Virus record (IMG/VR): IMGVR_UViG_3300045988_116318
Location: 84,184 to 148,183 of that record
Source: a virus
DNA length: 64,000 bases
Reading direction: 5' to 3' (one strand)
Both the position numbers and the translations under genes were made by a program. Positions 29,764 to 38,258 of this stretch are shown piece by piece. Each line of letters begins with the position of its first letter. Within the stretch, counting starts at the first letter, position 1. Below the pieces are notes generated by a model. That model saw only the letters and a program-made list of their open reading frames with translations. It had not been told where the DNA came from and ran no database searches.

Positions 29764-30783
29764 TCATCGTTTTATCTTTTTAGACGGATCCCAATCCGAA
29801 GAGAAAGGGCATTCGTTTTTGTTATGTAATCCAAAGTCGCAATAATAACACAGTGCTGACGGGCAGGGTAGCTTGTTTTGCGAAACAGGCTGGCTTAGGG
29901 TGGCACGCCGCTTGCTATACCTGGCTCCTTCTGCTCCCTGGATGTACGCTTGAAATGATTTTACACTATTATCTTCAAAATCATACATTTTAGACAAAGT
30001 GTCATTTAGCATCTCTATAGATTTTGTTTTACGTTCCTCATCCACCTTAACCTTTTGGTACTGCCTGGTCCTGGTAAAGAAATAGATGTTCATATCTGGC
30101 AGAACTCCACCATATTTTCTATAGATGTAAAATGAATATATAGGATGCTGTAAATTTGTTTCCAACTTCTTAGAATCAAAAACCTTATTACCTGATTTCC
30201 AATCTATGACATAATGGTGAACTACGTTCTTGCTTTTTATAGCCAGATGAAGGTCTACCGATCCTACTATGTACACATGAGTATGAATTACTCCATTTAT
30301 GTTAACAGGCTTAGGAAGACGGTACGGTAGCACAAAATCCTCTTCGACTCCTATTATGGCACCGTGTCTGATGAGTTTCTCACAGGGATTAAGATCACTA
30401 TCAGCTATCATAAACCTATTCCCGTCTTTTTTAAATAGATCTACAATCCAAGCAAGAAGCTCTCCAGATTGCTTCATGGCTATCATCATATTTTCCGGTG
30501 ATTGCCAAGGTATGTCTTCCTGGTAAGCATAGTAACTTATTGCTTCTCCAAGGTCTTTACCAGAAGGCTGTCTTCCGTTCTTAAAAAAGTATTCCAGTGT
30601 CTTATGGATAACCGTACCATAAGACGTAGCTTCTTGTTTTTCCGTAGACCTTTTGCCCTCTACGTAAGTCTTATACCATTTCATTGGACAGGTAAGAAAC
30701 GTATCTATCTGGGAATAAGATATGGCAAGACGTTTTACACCATTAAACTCCTTATATAGCAAATGCGTTTCCGGGACCATCAT
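29764..30783 (-). CDS. Cas4/RecB-like PD-(D/E)XK exonuclease with predicted Fe-S cluster (339 aa)
   Basis: N-terminal SYSQIDTFLTCPMKWY. Motif VIDWKSGNK (DxK). C-terminal CPSALCYYCDFGLHNKNEC Cys cluster. Confidence 0.6.
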   Translation of the reverse strand: MMVPETHLLYKEFNGVKRLAISYSQIDTFLTCPMKWYKTYVEGKRSTEKQEATSYGTVIHKTLEYFFKNGRQPSGKDLGEAISYYAYQEDIPWQSPENMMIAMKQSGELLAWIVDLFKKDGNRFMIADSDLNPCEKLIRHGAIIGVEEDFVLPYRLPKPVNINGVIHTHVYIVGSVDLHLAIKSKNVVHHYVIDWKSGNKVFDSKKLETNLQHPIYSFYIYRKYGGVLPDMNIYFFTRTRQYQKVKVDEERKTKSIEMLNDTLSKMYDFEDNSVKSFQAYIQGAEGARYSKRRATLSQPVSQNKLPCPSALCYYCDFGLHNKNECPFSSDWDPSKKIKR

Positions 30784-31127
30784 AAGTCATTGTCTTTAAA
30801 TCCTTCCGGGTAATATACGACATACTTCTTACCGTCTTCTGGTGTCATGGCAAACTGCATGTAGTTATTACGATTACGATGCTTGCCATCTAATCCTCGC
30901 TTCCAATACAGAATCCCATCTATATCCACAGAAGACCGTCCGCGTTCGGCTCTAACTACGTCCGTGTGTAGCAGATACCCGTCGGAAGACACGATCCACA
31001 CTTTATCCCCTTTGTTTAAATAAGATATTCTTTTTCTTACAACAACCTTTTTCTTATTATCTAATGCAAATTCCTCATCGGTCATACTCTTCATCCTCCT
31101 CTTCTTCTGTTTCAAAATCAATTCCAT
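30780..31127 (-). CDS. hypothetical protein (115 aa)
   Basis: ORF. 4-nt overlap with upstream gene. Confidence 0.55.
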   Translation of the reverse strand: MELILKQKKRRMKSMTDEEFALDNKKKVVVRKRISYLNKGDKVWIVSSDGYLLHTDVVRAERGRSSVDIDGILYWKRGLDGKHRNRNNYMQFAMTPEDGKKYVVYYPEGFKDNDL

Positions 31128-31637
31128 ATCTCATATTCTATTAAATATATTTAAAGCTATTCATATGTTTTAATACATCCCCTCGGAGACCTTCCGGTCT
31201 CCTTGGTAGATGTAAATCCCGTTAGGGATAAGTCAGGATTTCTCCTGTAAGTACCCATCGCCAATGTTATAAGAGGTTTTATATAATGGCAACACTGTTT
31301 CGTCAAATACACTACTCCTGTTTAATCACCATCCTTAGAGCAAGAAACTTGGATAAACATTCCTTGGTAACTATTTATTCTCAAATAACGTAGCCTCTGT
31401 TTCAAGGCTTAGGCTAATAACCCGATCTCTGAAAGAGATGTATTAAACTTTTATAATAGAATTATATTGGGTTAATACTATTTGGGGTTATAACACCGAT
31501 CATAATGCTTGGTCAGTTCTTCTGGTTCTAAATCTTGTCCAAAATCCATGTTAAAAATATCGTAATTAGTAAAGCACTTAAAATCACTGTCCCTGCCGGC
31601 AGGAAATCTATGAATGCTGCTTTTGCTTCTTCAATTA

Positions 31638-31676
31638 GGCCCAAGTGTAACCTTGGGCCATTGTATTTATTTTTTG
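31638..31676 (+). terminator. GC hairpin (GGCCCAAG-loop-CTTGGGCC) followed by ATTGTATTTATTTTTTG; terminator-shaped in + orientation
   Basis: 8-bp stem and T-tract read on the + strand. Abuts the flotillin stop on the - strand, where no U-tract follows. Confidence 0.35.
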
Positions 31677-33367
31677 TCATCTCCTTTTAACTTCTTTAAA
31701 GTATCTGCAATCGGAAGCTGATCAATGACTCCCAATGCCGGAGCGACGGTCTTAACAACATTGTTAAGAAAATTACCGGTACTGTTCTGACCGCCGTCAA
31801 ATACCGTGATATTTCCGAGGTTAATGTGCTCAAATGCCTTAACCTGTTCTCCGGCAATTTCTTTCCACTGATTAACCATCTTGTACTGGATGGCGATCTG
31901 AGGATTGGATTCTGCTGCTTCCACCATAGCCTTAAATCCGTCGGCTTCTGCCATTAACGACTTTTTCTTACCTTCGGCTTCTGCCTCCAGTTTCATCTGA
32001 ATAGCCTTTGCCTCTGCCTCAGCTTTTGCCAAATGTGCTGCCGCCTCAGCCTCAGCCCGGCGTTTGATCTTCTCTGCCTCAGCATCAGCTTGTAATATAG
32101 CCTCTTCCTTCTGGGTTTCAGCCGGCACAATCTTTTCAGCCTTAAGCGCAGCCTGAACTTTCTTAGCCTTAGCTTCTTCCACTTCTTTGTCGGCAAGCTC
32201 TTTTGCTGTTTTTACAGCCGCTTCCGATTTAACTTTTTCTTCTCCGGCCTTCTTCTCTGATTGAGCTTTGATAATCTGTAGTTCTGATACTGACACAGCA
32301 ACCTCCTTCTGGGCATTGTTGTATCCTATAGACGCATTTTTCTCAGCCTCAGCCTTCTTAATCTGAGCTTCAGAGTCTTGTATTGCTATAGCTGCTTCCT
32401 TGTCAGCTTCAGCCTTATTCTTTCCGACTTCTTCCATCCTTTCAGCCTCGGCTTTATTTACTTCAAGTTCTGCCTTAGATCTTACAATCGCCGATTCCTT
32501 GTCGGTTAAAGTTTTTGCGATAACCGCAGCCCTGTCTCTATCTGCTTGAGCTACGCCGATCTGTTTCTCTTTATCGGTTAAAGCCAAGGCTATTTCTTTT
32601 TCTTTCTTCGTTTCAGCTACTATTGTTTCCTTTTCTTTTTCAGTACAAGCAATTTGAATCTCTTGTTCTTTTTTGGTATTAGCCACAGCCGTTTCTTTCT
32701 CCTTCTGCTGTACAGCAATCTTAATAGCACCCAGTTTCTCCTGTTCTTCGATATTAGCCTGTGCTTCGTTCAGAGCCCTACTTTCAGCCTCCTTACCAAG
32801 GTTCATAATATAACCGGCTTCGTCTCTGATGTCACTGATGTTGATGTTCAGGAGGTAAAGACCTAACTTGTTAAGCTCGTTATCAATGTTCTTTCTTGCC
32901 TTATCCAAAAACTCATCCCTGTCAGAATTAAGTTTTTCGATTGTCATTTCAGCAATAATCAAACGCATCTGACCGTAAACGATGTCCGTAATAAGATTTT
33001 CAGTAGATTCGGTATCCATTCCCAAAAGTCTTTCTGCCGCATTTTGCATGATCTCTGGATTTGTACTGATAGCTACTGTAATAGTCGTAGGAACATCTAC
33101 TCTAATATTCTGAGATGACAAAGCACCGGTAAGCTTGCAATCTATTTGCATAGGCTCCATTGACAAAACATCATAGCTTTGAATAATAGGCAAGACAAAT
33201 GCCGCTCCACCATGATATAATTTCGCCGATTTCTTTTCCCCACCTGTCTTACCATAAACGACCAAGACCTGATTAGGCTTACATCTACGATACCTTGATA
33301 AGACTCCGATGATTGTCAAAATAATCACTACAGCTAAGATAGCTGACACGTACATGATTGTTGTCAT
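31667..33367 (-). CDS. SPFH/band-7 flotillin-like membrane protein (566 aa)
   Basis: N-terminal TM helix, SPFH core, long Glu/Ala/Lys repeat coiled coil (AEAEAKAIQMKLEAEAEG etc) typical of bacterial flotillins (FloT/YqiK). Immediately downstream of an NfeD-like gene. Confidence 0.8.
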   Translation of the reverse strand: MTTIMYVSAILAVVIILTIIGVLSRYRRCKPNQVLVVYGKTGGEKKSAKLYHGGAAFVLPIIQSYDVLSMEPMQIDCKLTGALSSQNIRVDVPTTITVAISTNPEIMQNAAERLLGMDTESTENLITDIVYGQMRLIIAEMTIEKLNSDRDEFLDKARKNIDNELNKLGLYLLNINISDIRDEAGYIMNLGKEAESRALNEAQANIEEQEKLGAIKIAVQQKEKETAVANTKKEQEIQIACTEKEKETIVAETKKEKEIALALTDKEKQIGVAQADRDRAAVIAKTLTDKESAIVRSKAELEVNKAEAERMEEVGKNKAEADKEAAIAIQDSEAQIKKAEAEKNASIGYNNAQKEVAVSVSELQIIKAQSEKKAGEEKVKSEAAVKTAKELADKEVEEAKAKKVQAALKAEKIVPAETQKEEAILQADAEAEKIKRRAEAEAAAHLAKAEAEAKAIQMKLEAEAEGKKKSLMAEADGFKAMVEAAESNPQIAIQYKMVNQWKEIAGEQVKAFEHINLGNITVFDGGQNSTGNFLNNVVKTVAPALGVIDQLPIADTLKKLKGDDKK

Positions 33368-33399
33368 AACTTTTAAAATTTAATTGTTGATAAAAAAAA

Positions 33400-33894
33400 T
33401 TAGATACTTAATTCTCCTTCTTCGTATTTTATATTCACCTTGTCACCGTTTTTGTAATTTTTTCCAGACAAGCACCTCACTCTCATCTGTTCCTGTCTTC
33501 CATTTTTCGAAATATTTACCATATAATGATTCTTACCTGATCTAAATACTATCTCCGCCTCTCTGCCATTTAAATCTTCCGGACATTCGTACACCATTTC
33601 TTGTTTTAACTTAAGAAGTAACTTATATACGTAAAACAAAACGATAAAGAAAAATGACCCTATTACGATCCCTACTAAATGGGAACCCGAAAAGTACGTA
33701 GTCCAGCTATATCCAAGAATAAAATGTGTTATGCCTTTGAATGATATGATGTCCGACAAAGACATGCTTAAATCAGAAGCGTTATCAATGTCAATATCCG
33801 TATCCAGATCAGATCCTAATATCGACAATAAAAACTGTATAACAAAAGCAAATGACGCTATTAAAGCCATGCATAAAATTATATCATTTCCCAT
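33400..33894 (-). CDS. NfeD-like membrane protein (164 aa)
   Basis: Three TM helices then C-terminal soluble beta-rich domain (EAEIVFRSGKNHYMVNISKNGRQEQMRVRCLSGKNYKNGDKVNIKYEEGELSI). Canonical NfeD-upstream-of-SPFH gene order. Confidence 0.6.
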   Translation of the reverse strand: MGNDIILCMALIASFAFVIQFLLSILGSDLDTDIDIDNASDLSMSLSDIISFKGITHFILGYSWTTYFSGSHLVGIVIGSFFFIVLFYVYKLLLKLKQEMVYECPEDLNGREAEIVFRSGKNHYMVNISKNGRQEQMRVRCLSGKNYKNGDKVNIKYEEGELSI

Positions 33895-34135
33895 ATCCTT
33901 CTGTTATTATTTTGTAAACAAGATCAGTCATATCTTTGATGGATTCTGTATCATAATCAATAATAACGATATTGAATTTTTGTTCCACCATCACTTCCAG
34001 TTCAATTCGATCAATAGAGTCTAATCCAAGTTCTTTAAACGACACATCTTCTTCATGAACTATATCTATTTCTGAATTAAGAAACTGAGTAATAATTATA
34101 TCCTCTATTATCTTTCTGATTCTTACTTTTTCCAT
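33884..34135 (-). CDS. acpP: acyl carrier protein (83 aa)
   Basis: FKELGLDSIDRIELEVMVEQKFNIVIID matches the ACP phosphopantetheine-attachment signature (LGxDSL/I D..EL..). Size and acidity typical. Confidence 0.75.
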   Translation of the reverse strand: MEKVRIRKIIEDIIITQFLNSEIDIVHEEDVSFKELGLDSIDRIELEVMVEQKFNIVIIDYDTESIKDMTDLVYKIITEGYGK

Positions 34136-34836
34136 TGCTTTCTAATTTTGTTAAACAAATACGTTTTTATGTTTTTCAATCGCTCTTTGTCTGTTTCAGA
34201 ACTTCCGGTAAACAAATAATCCGGATTGCCTTTAGCCGGCGGCGTAGGCAATTTAGATACGGCAAACAACCAATCCATTTCCTTATTCTTCTTAGACTCC
34301 AAATAAGGCCCGGTAGCGATCTTAAATTTTTCAGCTATTAAGTCAAAGAGCTTTGAATTTTTAAGGTTCATATGGACTGAAAAAGCCTGAGAAGGCGGTT
34401 TCCATATGAAGTTACATAAGCTCATTGTATAATCTCCTGACTCTGCTATATAAGATTCCGTTACCTGAAGTATGACCTCTTTCTTGAATGAGGTGTTACC
34501 CATAAACCAACACAATCTGGATTCCGCTTCTTTTCTGCTGACACCTATGTCTTTTGAATACGATTCGTACATTCCTATCATAATCTTCAACGTTTCCAGA
34601 ACCTCGTCCGTCATTTCCGGTGTCTCTATATAATTCACAAAAGACGTTCCTTTGTTGGTTAATCTCATCACACCTGATTTTAATTTCTCAACCAGGCCAA
34701 GCTCTATATACCTCCCAGCATCTTTTTCCAGCATGGCTTCGATCATAACCGTATCCTTCTGTCTTATAGCAAGAAGATTAGCCAGATCATTAGGAGTCAT
34801 GTCTGATGCTGCAAGTTGTCTGAAATTGATGTACAT
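34123..34836 (-). CDS. hypothetical protein (237 aa)
   Basis: ORF overlapping the ACP start by 13 nt. Contains a weak SRKEAE segment. Confidence 0.6.
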   Translation of the reverse strand: MYINFRQLAASDMTPNDLANLLAIRQKDTVMIEAMLEKDAGRYIELGLVEKLKSGVMRLTNKGTSFVNYIETPEMTDEVLETLKIMIGMYESYSKDIGVSRKEAESRLCWFMGNTSFKKEVILQVTESYIAESGDYTMSLCNFIWKPPSQAFSVHMNLKNSKLFDLIAEKFKIATGPYLESKKNKEMDWLFAVSKLPTPPAKGNPDYLFTGSSETDKERLKNIKTYLFNKIRKQWKK

Positions 34837-34838
34837 GC

Positions 34839-35048
34839 CTAATCAGCTTTAATAAAAATAACATCCTTACCATCCTCCCTCTCTACGTGATTACACGGGC
34901 CTGCGACTACATCTACCGACCCGCATGTAATGTGGTCGTTAAATATACATCCTTCACATCCTAAGTCTGGCTCTGGAGCATCCACACATTTTAATCTCAC
35001 AAGTCCGGCATCAAACACTTCTCCTACTTTAAATTCCTTCTTTTCCAT
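34839..35048 (-). CDS. small Cys-rich protein (69 aa from ATG 35048 with AAGGAGG RBS; track ORF extends to 35132)
   Basis: 6 Cys (CVDAPEPDLGCEGC...CGS...CNH). Strong RBS favours the internal start and removes overlap with the upstream gene. Confidence 0.45.
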   Translation of the reverse strand: MEKKEFKVGEVFDAGLVRLKCVDAPEPDLGCEGCIFNDHITCGSVDVVAGPCNHVEREDGKDVIFIKAD

Positions 35049-35064
35049 ATTTCCTCCTTGTTTT

Positions 35065-35667
35065 TTAACTGTTGTACCCTTCTTTAATAATCGAATTTCT
35101 ACCGGTAGATACCGACTGTCGAAGATCGTCATGTACAGAATCTACCGTAGAATACTTGTTTCTGGTTGTAAAAATCACTTCCAGCATCTCCTTGTAATCA
35201 CCTAAAGCTACTTCGTATCTCGGATCTACTTTGGCTTTTCTTTCAGCCTCAGCATTACTTTTAGCCAGCTCCCGGTCGAGGAGGTCTTCTTTGATTCGGT
35301 CAGCAATCATATCAAGTTCTTTTTTAATAACTTCTCCTGCTGCCCGAAGTTGACCTTCTACGTCACCAAGCTGGTCTTGGACGGTTCCTATTTCTTTCTT
35401 TAGGCGATCGTATTCGTTAATCATACTCATATCACCTGCATAACCAGAAAAGTCTTTGATTATTCTGGTCCCTTCTTTAAGGAGCTCAATGACTCGTCTT
35501 TTGCGTTCTCTGCTTATTAAAGACGGAAGACGATAATTCATATCCGCCACCGCCTTGTCGTGTATGGAGTTGATTAAAAACATCTCTCTTTCATCCCCTG
35601 CAAATTCAGTAAGAACCAAAAGGAACTTACTTATCAGGTATTCGTTTTCTTCTACGGTAAGTCTCAT
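35065..35667 (-). CDS. hypothetical coiled-coil protein (200 aa)
   Basis: ORF directly downstream of DnaB-like gene. Confidence 0.6.
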   Translation of the reverse strand: MRLTVEENEYLISKFLLVLTEFAGDEREMFLINSIHDKAVADMNYRLPSLISRERKRRVIELLKEGTRIIKDFSGYAGDMSMINEYDRLKKEIGTVQDQLGDVEGQLRAAGEVIKKELDMIADRIKEDLLDRELAKSNAEAERKAKVDPRYEVALGDYKEMLEVIFTTRNKYSTVDSVHDDLRQSVSTGRNSIIKEGYNS

Positions 35668-35679
35668 ACGTTTCTTTTT

Positions 35680-36813
35680 TTAATATACTGACTGTTCTTC
35701 CTTTACCTCTTGTTCTTGATCTTGATTGTTCGTAACGTCTTCCACAGTATAGAGCTTAGGCGGCGTCGGCGGCTGGTTGGGGTTCACGAACTTCGTCCCG
35801 CCCTCTCCGTACATCCATCCATGCCCCGGCAGGATCTCTGGGTGGATTGTATTAGTAAGCTCTTCCATACTAACTTGCCTTACCTTCAGTATATGATGAA
35901 ACACCAGTCCGGCTGTCCTGAATGATGTTTTGTTTTCAGTTTTAAACCGGTCAAGAGTCTGATACCAGTCTTTCCCAAATATCATATACTTGTCCAGCCC
36001 GTATCTGCGAGGATTATGCAAACCTATCATTAACGTACATAGTTGCCCCAGCGTATCAGACTGATAAAAGTCAGAAAGACGGGGAGGCTGCTCTTGAGGG
36101 CTTTTTATCCTTCCTTCTATCTCTCTGTTGAATTGGGATATGATGAGGAAAAATATGTTTTTATATACTAATTTAGCCTCGTTCATAACCGCCACCAAAT
36201 CATCTATAGCCGACTTAGGATCCAATCCCATTCTTTTTATCAAAGCAATATGATCGACTTTAAATATTATAAGACGTTTGTCTTTATGCTTAGTAGCTAT
36301 ATGATATACAGCCGCCTCAAACTCTTTTACCGTACACGGAGCATCGATGTATATTATATTATTTCTAATTTCACCTTGAAGGATTTCAAACATCCTCATC
36401 TCTTCTACTGTATTAGAATCTTGCCTTCTTAATATTTCAGGAGCCCGTTTTTTCATATCCTGGCTCATTCTGCGAAGAAGAAGATCTTGAGGATTCATTT
36501 CGAACTCGCAATTGACAAGAAAATAATCTTCTGCTTGCGGGTTGATCATCGGATTCATCACATTTTCCAATATCTTTTGGGCCACATACGATTTACCCAC
36601 AGATGGCCGAGCTCCTATGGCAATAGCATGCTGAGGGAAAATACCTCCAAGCAAAGCCTCATCAATATAATCGTATCCGGTTTTAGCGGGGATAAGCTCT
36701 CCCCGCCTGTATTTCAAGATATTCTCATACGCCTCCTCCATAACCTGTTTAGAGGTCTTGAATATCCTTCTTATATCTATCTTATTTGCTATCTCCTCGT
36801 GCATTTTTGTCAC
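35680..36813 (-). CDS. dnaB: DnaB-family replicative helicase, C-terminal RecA-like domain only (377 aa)
   Basis: Walker A IGARPSVGKS, Walker B LIIFKVDHIALI, H3/H4 motif IISQFNREIEGR (lSQLnR..E.R). Confidence 0.8.
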   Translation of the reverse strand: MTKMHEEIANKIDIRRIFKTSKQVMEEAYENILKYRRGELIPAKTGYDYIDEALLGGIFPQHAIAIGARPSVGKSYVAQKILENVMNPMINPQAEDYFLVNCEFEMNPQDLLLRRMSQDMKKRAPEILRRQDSNTVEEMRMFEILQGEIRNNIIYIDAPCTVKEFEAAVYHIATKHKDKRLIIFKVDHIALIKRMGLDPKSAIDDLVAVMNEAKLVYKNIFFLIISQFNREIEGRIKSPQEQPPRLSDFYQSDTLGQLCTLMIGLHNPRRYGLDKYMIFGKDWYQTLDRFKTENKTSFRTAGLVFHHILKVRQVSMEELTNTIHPEILPGHGWMYGEGGTKFVNPNQPPTPPKLYTVEDVTNNQDQEQEVKEEQSVY

Positions 36814-37060
36814 CTTTTGTATCCGATTTGGATCCCCTATTGGCTTTTACTGATTTATACCTAAGACCGTTCTTGGTATGAGAACAATCCTTGCCTTTCC
36901 TCCAGCCCTTGCCCTTCTTCTTGTCCGTTTCGTAGTTTTTACGACCAAGCTCTCGGCGTTTGGCTTTCTGTTCCGGTCTGGCATTTATCTCCTTGTCCTT
37001 TTTAGCCTTTTTCTTCCTGGCTTCGGGATGAGTCCTGTAGTACTCTGTTGATCTGCCCAT
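36782..37060 (-). CDS. highly basic Lys/Arg-rich small protein (92 aa)
   Basis: KKKAKKDKEINARPEQKAKRRELGRKNYETDKKKGKGWRKGK. 32-nt overlap with dnaB start. Confidence 0.4.
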   Translation of the reverse strand: MGRSTEYYRTHPEARKKKAKKDKEINARPEQKAKRRELGRKNYETDKKKGKGWRKGKDCSHTKNGLRYKSVKANRGSKSDTKGDKNARGDSK

Positions 37061-37112
37061 GTGCTTATATTTTTTTTGATTAATAATAGCACAAAGATAG
37101 GCAATTCGCGCC

Positions 37113-37679
37113 CTATTTCAACCTACCGTAGCTCATGTCGGGATCACACCAGACATACCCGTCTTTCTCATCATGAAGATACTCAGGACATCCTCTGCAT
37201 GCGCTACTGCCTGACACTATTTGATTGTTTTTGTTAGGGCACTTATCTCCAGGCTTATGCCATTCTATTCTCGAACCTGATCGCTCTTTGTTTACATGAC
37301 AGAACTGAAAGATTTTCCCCATCGTCTTCTCTCCGAACATACCTATATGTGTGTACTCTTCCGGTATAGAGAGAAATTCAGATAAATCTTTATACATCCT
37401 TTCCCGTTCCTCCGGCGTAGACCATAGTCTGTCAAGTTCGGCATGGACTCTTATCTTAAGAGACCTCAGTGATGGCCCCGCAAGCCGGCCTTTAGCTTTT
37501 CCCTTATTCGGCCCTGATTCATGAACACCGACATAAGCATTGCATGGTTTACACATCATAACCATCCCTAATCCTTTTCTGTTATATATTTTATCGGCAT
37601 TGACCAGCTCGGTTTCTTTTCCGCAATAAGGACAAATTTCGCCTCTTAAAACCCGTTGTTGGCGCTCATTAAGTTCCAT
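37113..37679 (-). CDS. Zn-ribbon/Cys-rich protein (188 aa)
   Basis: CPYCGK...CKPCNAY and C-terminal CRGCPEY clusters. Confidence 0.6.
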   Translation of the reverse strand: MELNERQQRVLRGEICPYCGKETELVNADKIYNRKGLGMVMMCKPCNAYVGVHESGPNKGKAKGRLAGPSLRSLKIRVHAELDRLWSTPEERERMYKDLSEFLSIPEEYTHIGMFGEKTMGKIFQFCHVNKERSGSRIEWHKPGDKCPNKNNQIVSGSSACRGCPEYLHDEKDGYVWCDPDMSYGRLK

Positions 37680-37921
37680 ACCCTATTCTTTTGTTTTTCT
37701 TTAAACTTTTCATACAAACTGCTTTCAGTTTCCATTTCCGAAATCTCTACCTCTACGTCCTCTCTTTTGAAAATTACTTTCTTGGCTGTCGGATATGCAC
37801 ATTTAGAGATACGAATAGCATTACGAATAGCGTAAACAAAATACGTTTCTGGTGACGATTCGATCACCACTACCTCATTTAAAGTGTTTTTGTAATTTTC
37901 CATATTATCTGCTTGCTTCAA
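37646..37921 (-). CDS. hypothetical protein (91 aa)
   Basis: ORF. Confidence 0.45.
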   Translation of the reverse strand: MKQADNMENYKNTLNEVVVIESSPETYFVYAIRNAIRISKCAYPTAKKVIFKREDVEVEISEMETESSLYEKFKEKQKNRVWNLMSANNGF

Positions 37922-38258
37922 TTACACACCCTGGATTATCTTCACATGCCTCTTTGTATTCGATAAGAAACTTAAGAAATGAATCATAAGACCCCCATCC
38001 GTTTTCTGGTTCGTATCTCAAAAGACTCTTTCTCTTGGAGATCATAATATATATACCTTTTGTGAGTATCTTCACCATCTCCTTAGTATCTATTTCCCTG
38101 CCCAATTCTTCCGGTCTCCAAACATAATCGTATAGTGTTTCTTTGTTTTCTGATACGAATATTTTTTGTGCCATCTTGTTCATGTTGTGGGTGATGTTTG
38201 CAACCCATTTACGATCCTCTTCTTTCTTCTTGCTCTTAATATAAACGTCCAGGCTCAT
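37905..38258 (-). CDS. hypothetical protein (117 aa)
   Basis: ORF. Confidence 0.5.
   Translation of the reverse strand: MSLDVYIKSKKKEEDRKWVANITHNMNKMAQKIFVSENKETLYDYVWRPEELGREIDTKEMVKILTKGIYIMISKRKSLLRYEPENGWGSYDSFLKFLIEYKEACEDNPGCVIEASR

Noticed and set aside
31638-31659. Hairpin after the flotillin stop as the - strand intrinsic terminator
   Set aside because: On the - strand the hairpin is followed by AAUUGAAGAAGC, not a U-tract. The terminator geometry exists only in the + orientation.
34123-34836. Phosphopantetheinyl transferase call for the 237-aa protein upstream of ACP
   Set aside because: There is only a weak SRKEAE resemblance to the PPTase xSxKEA motif. The GxDxE motif is missing at the expected spacing, which is insufficient.
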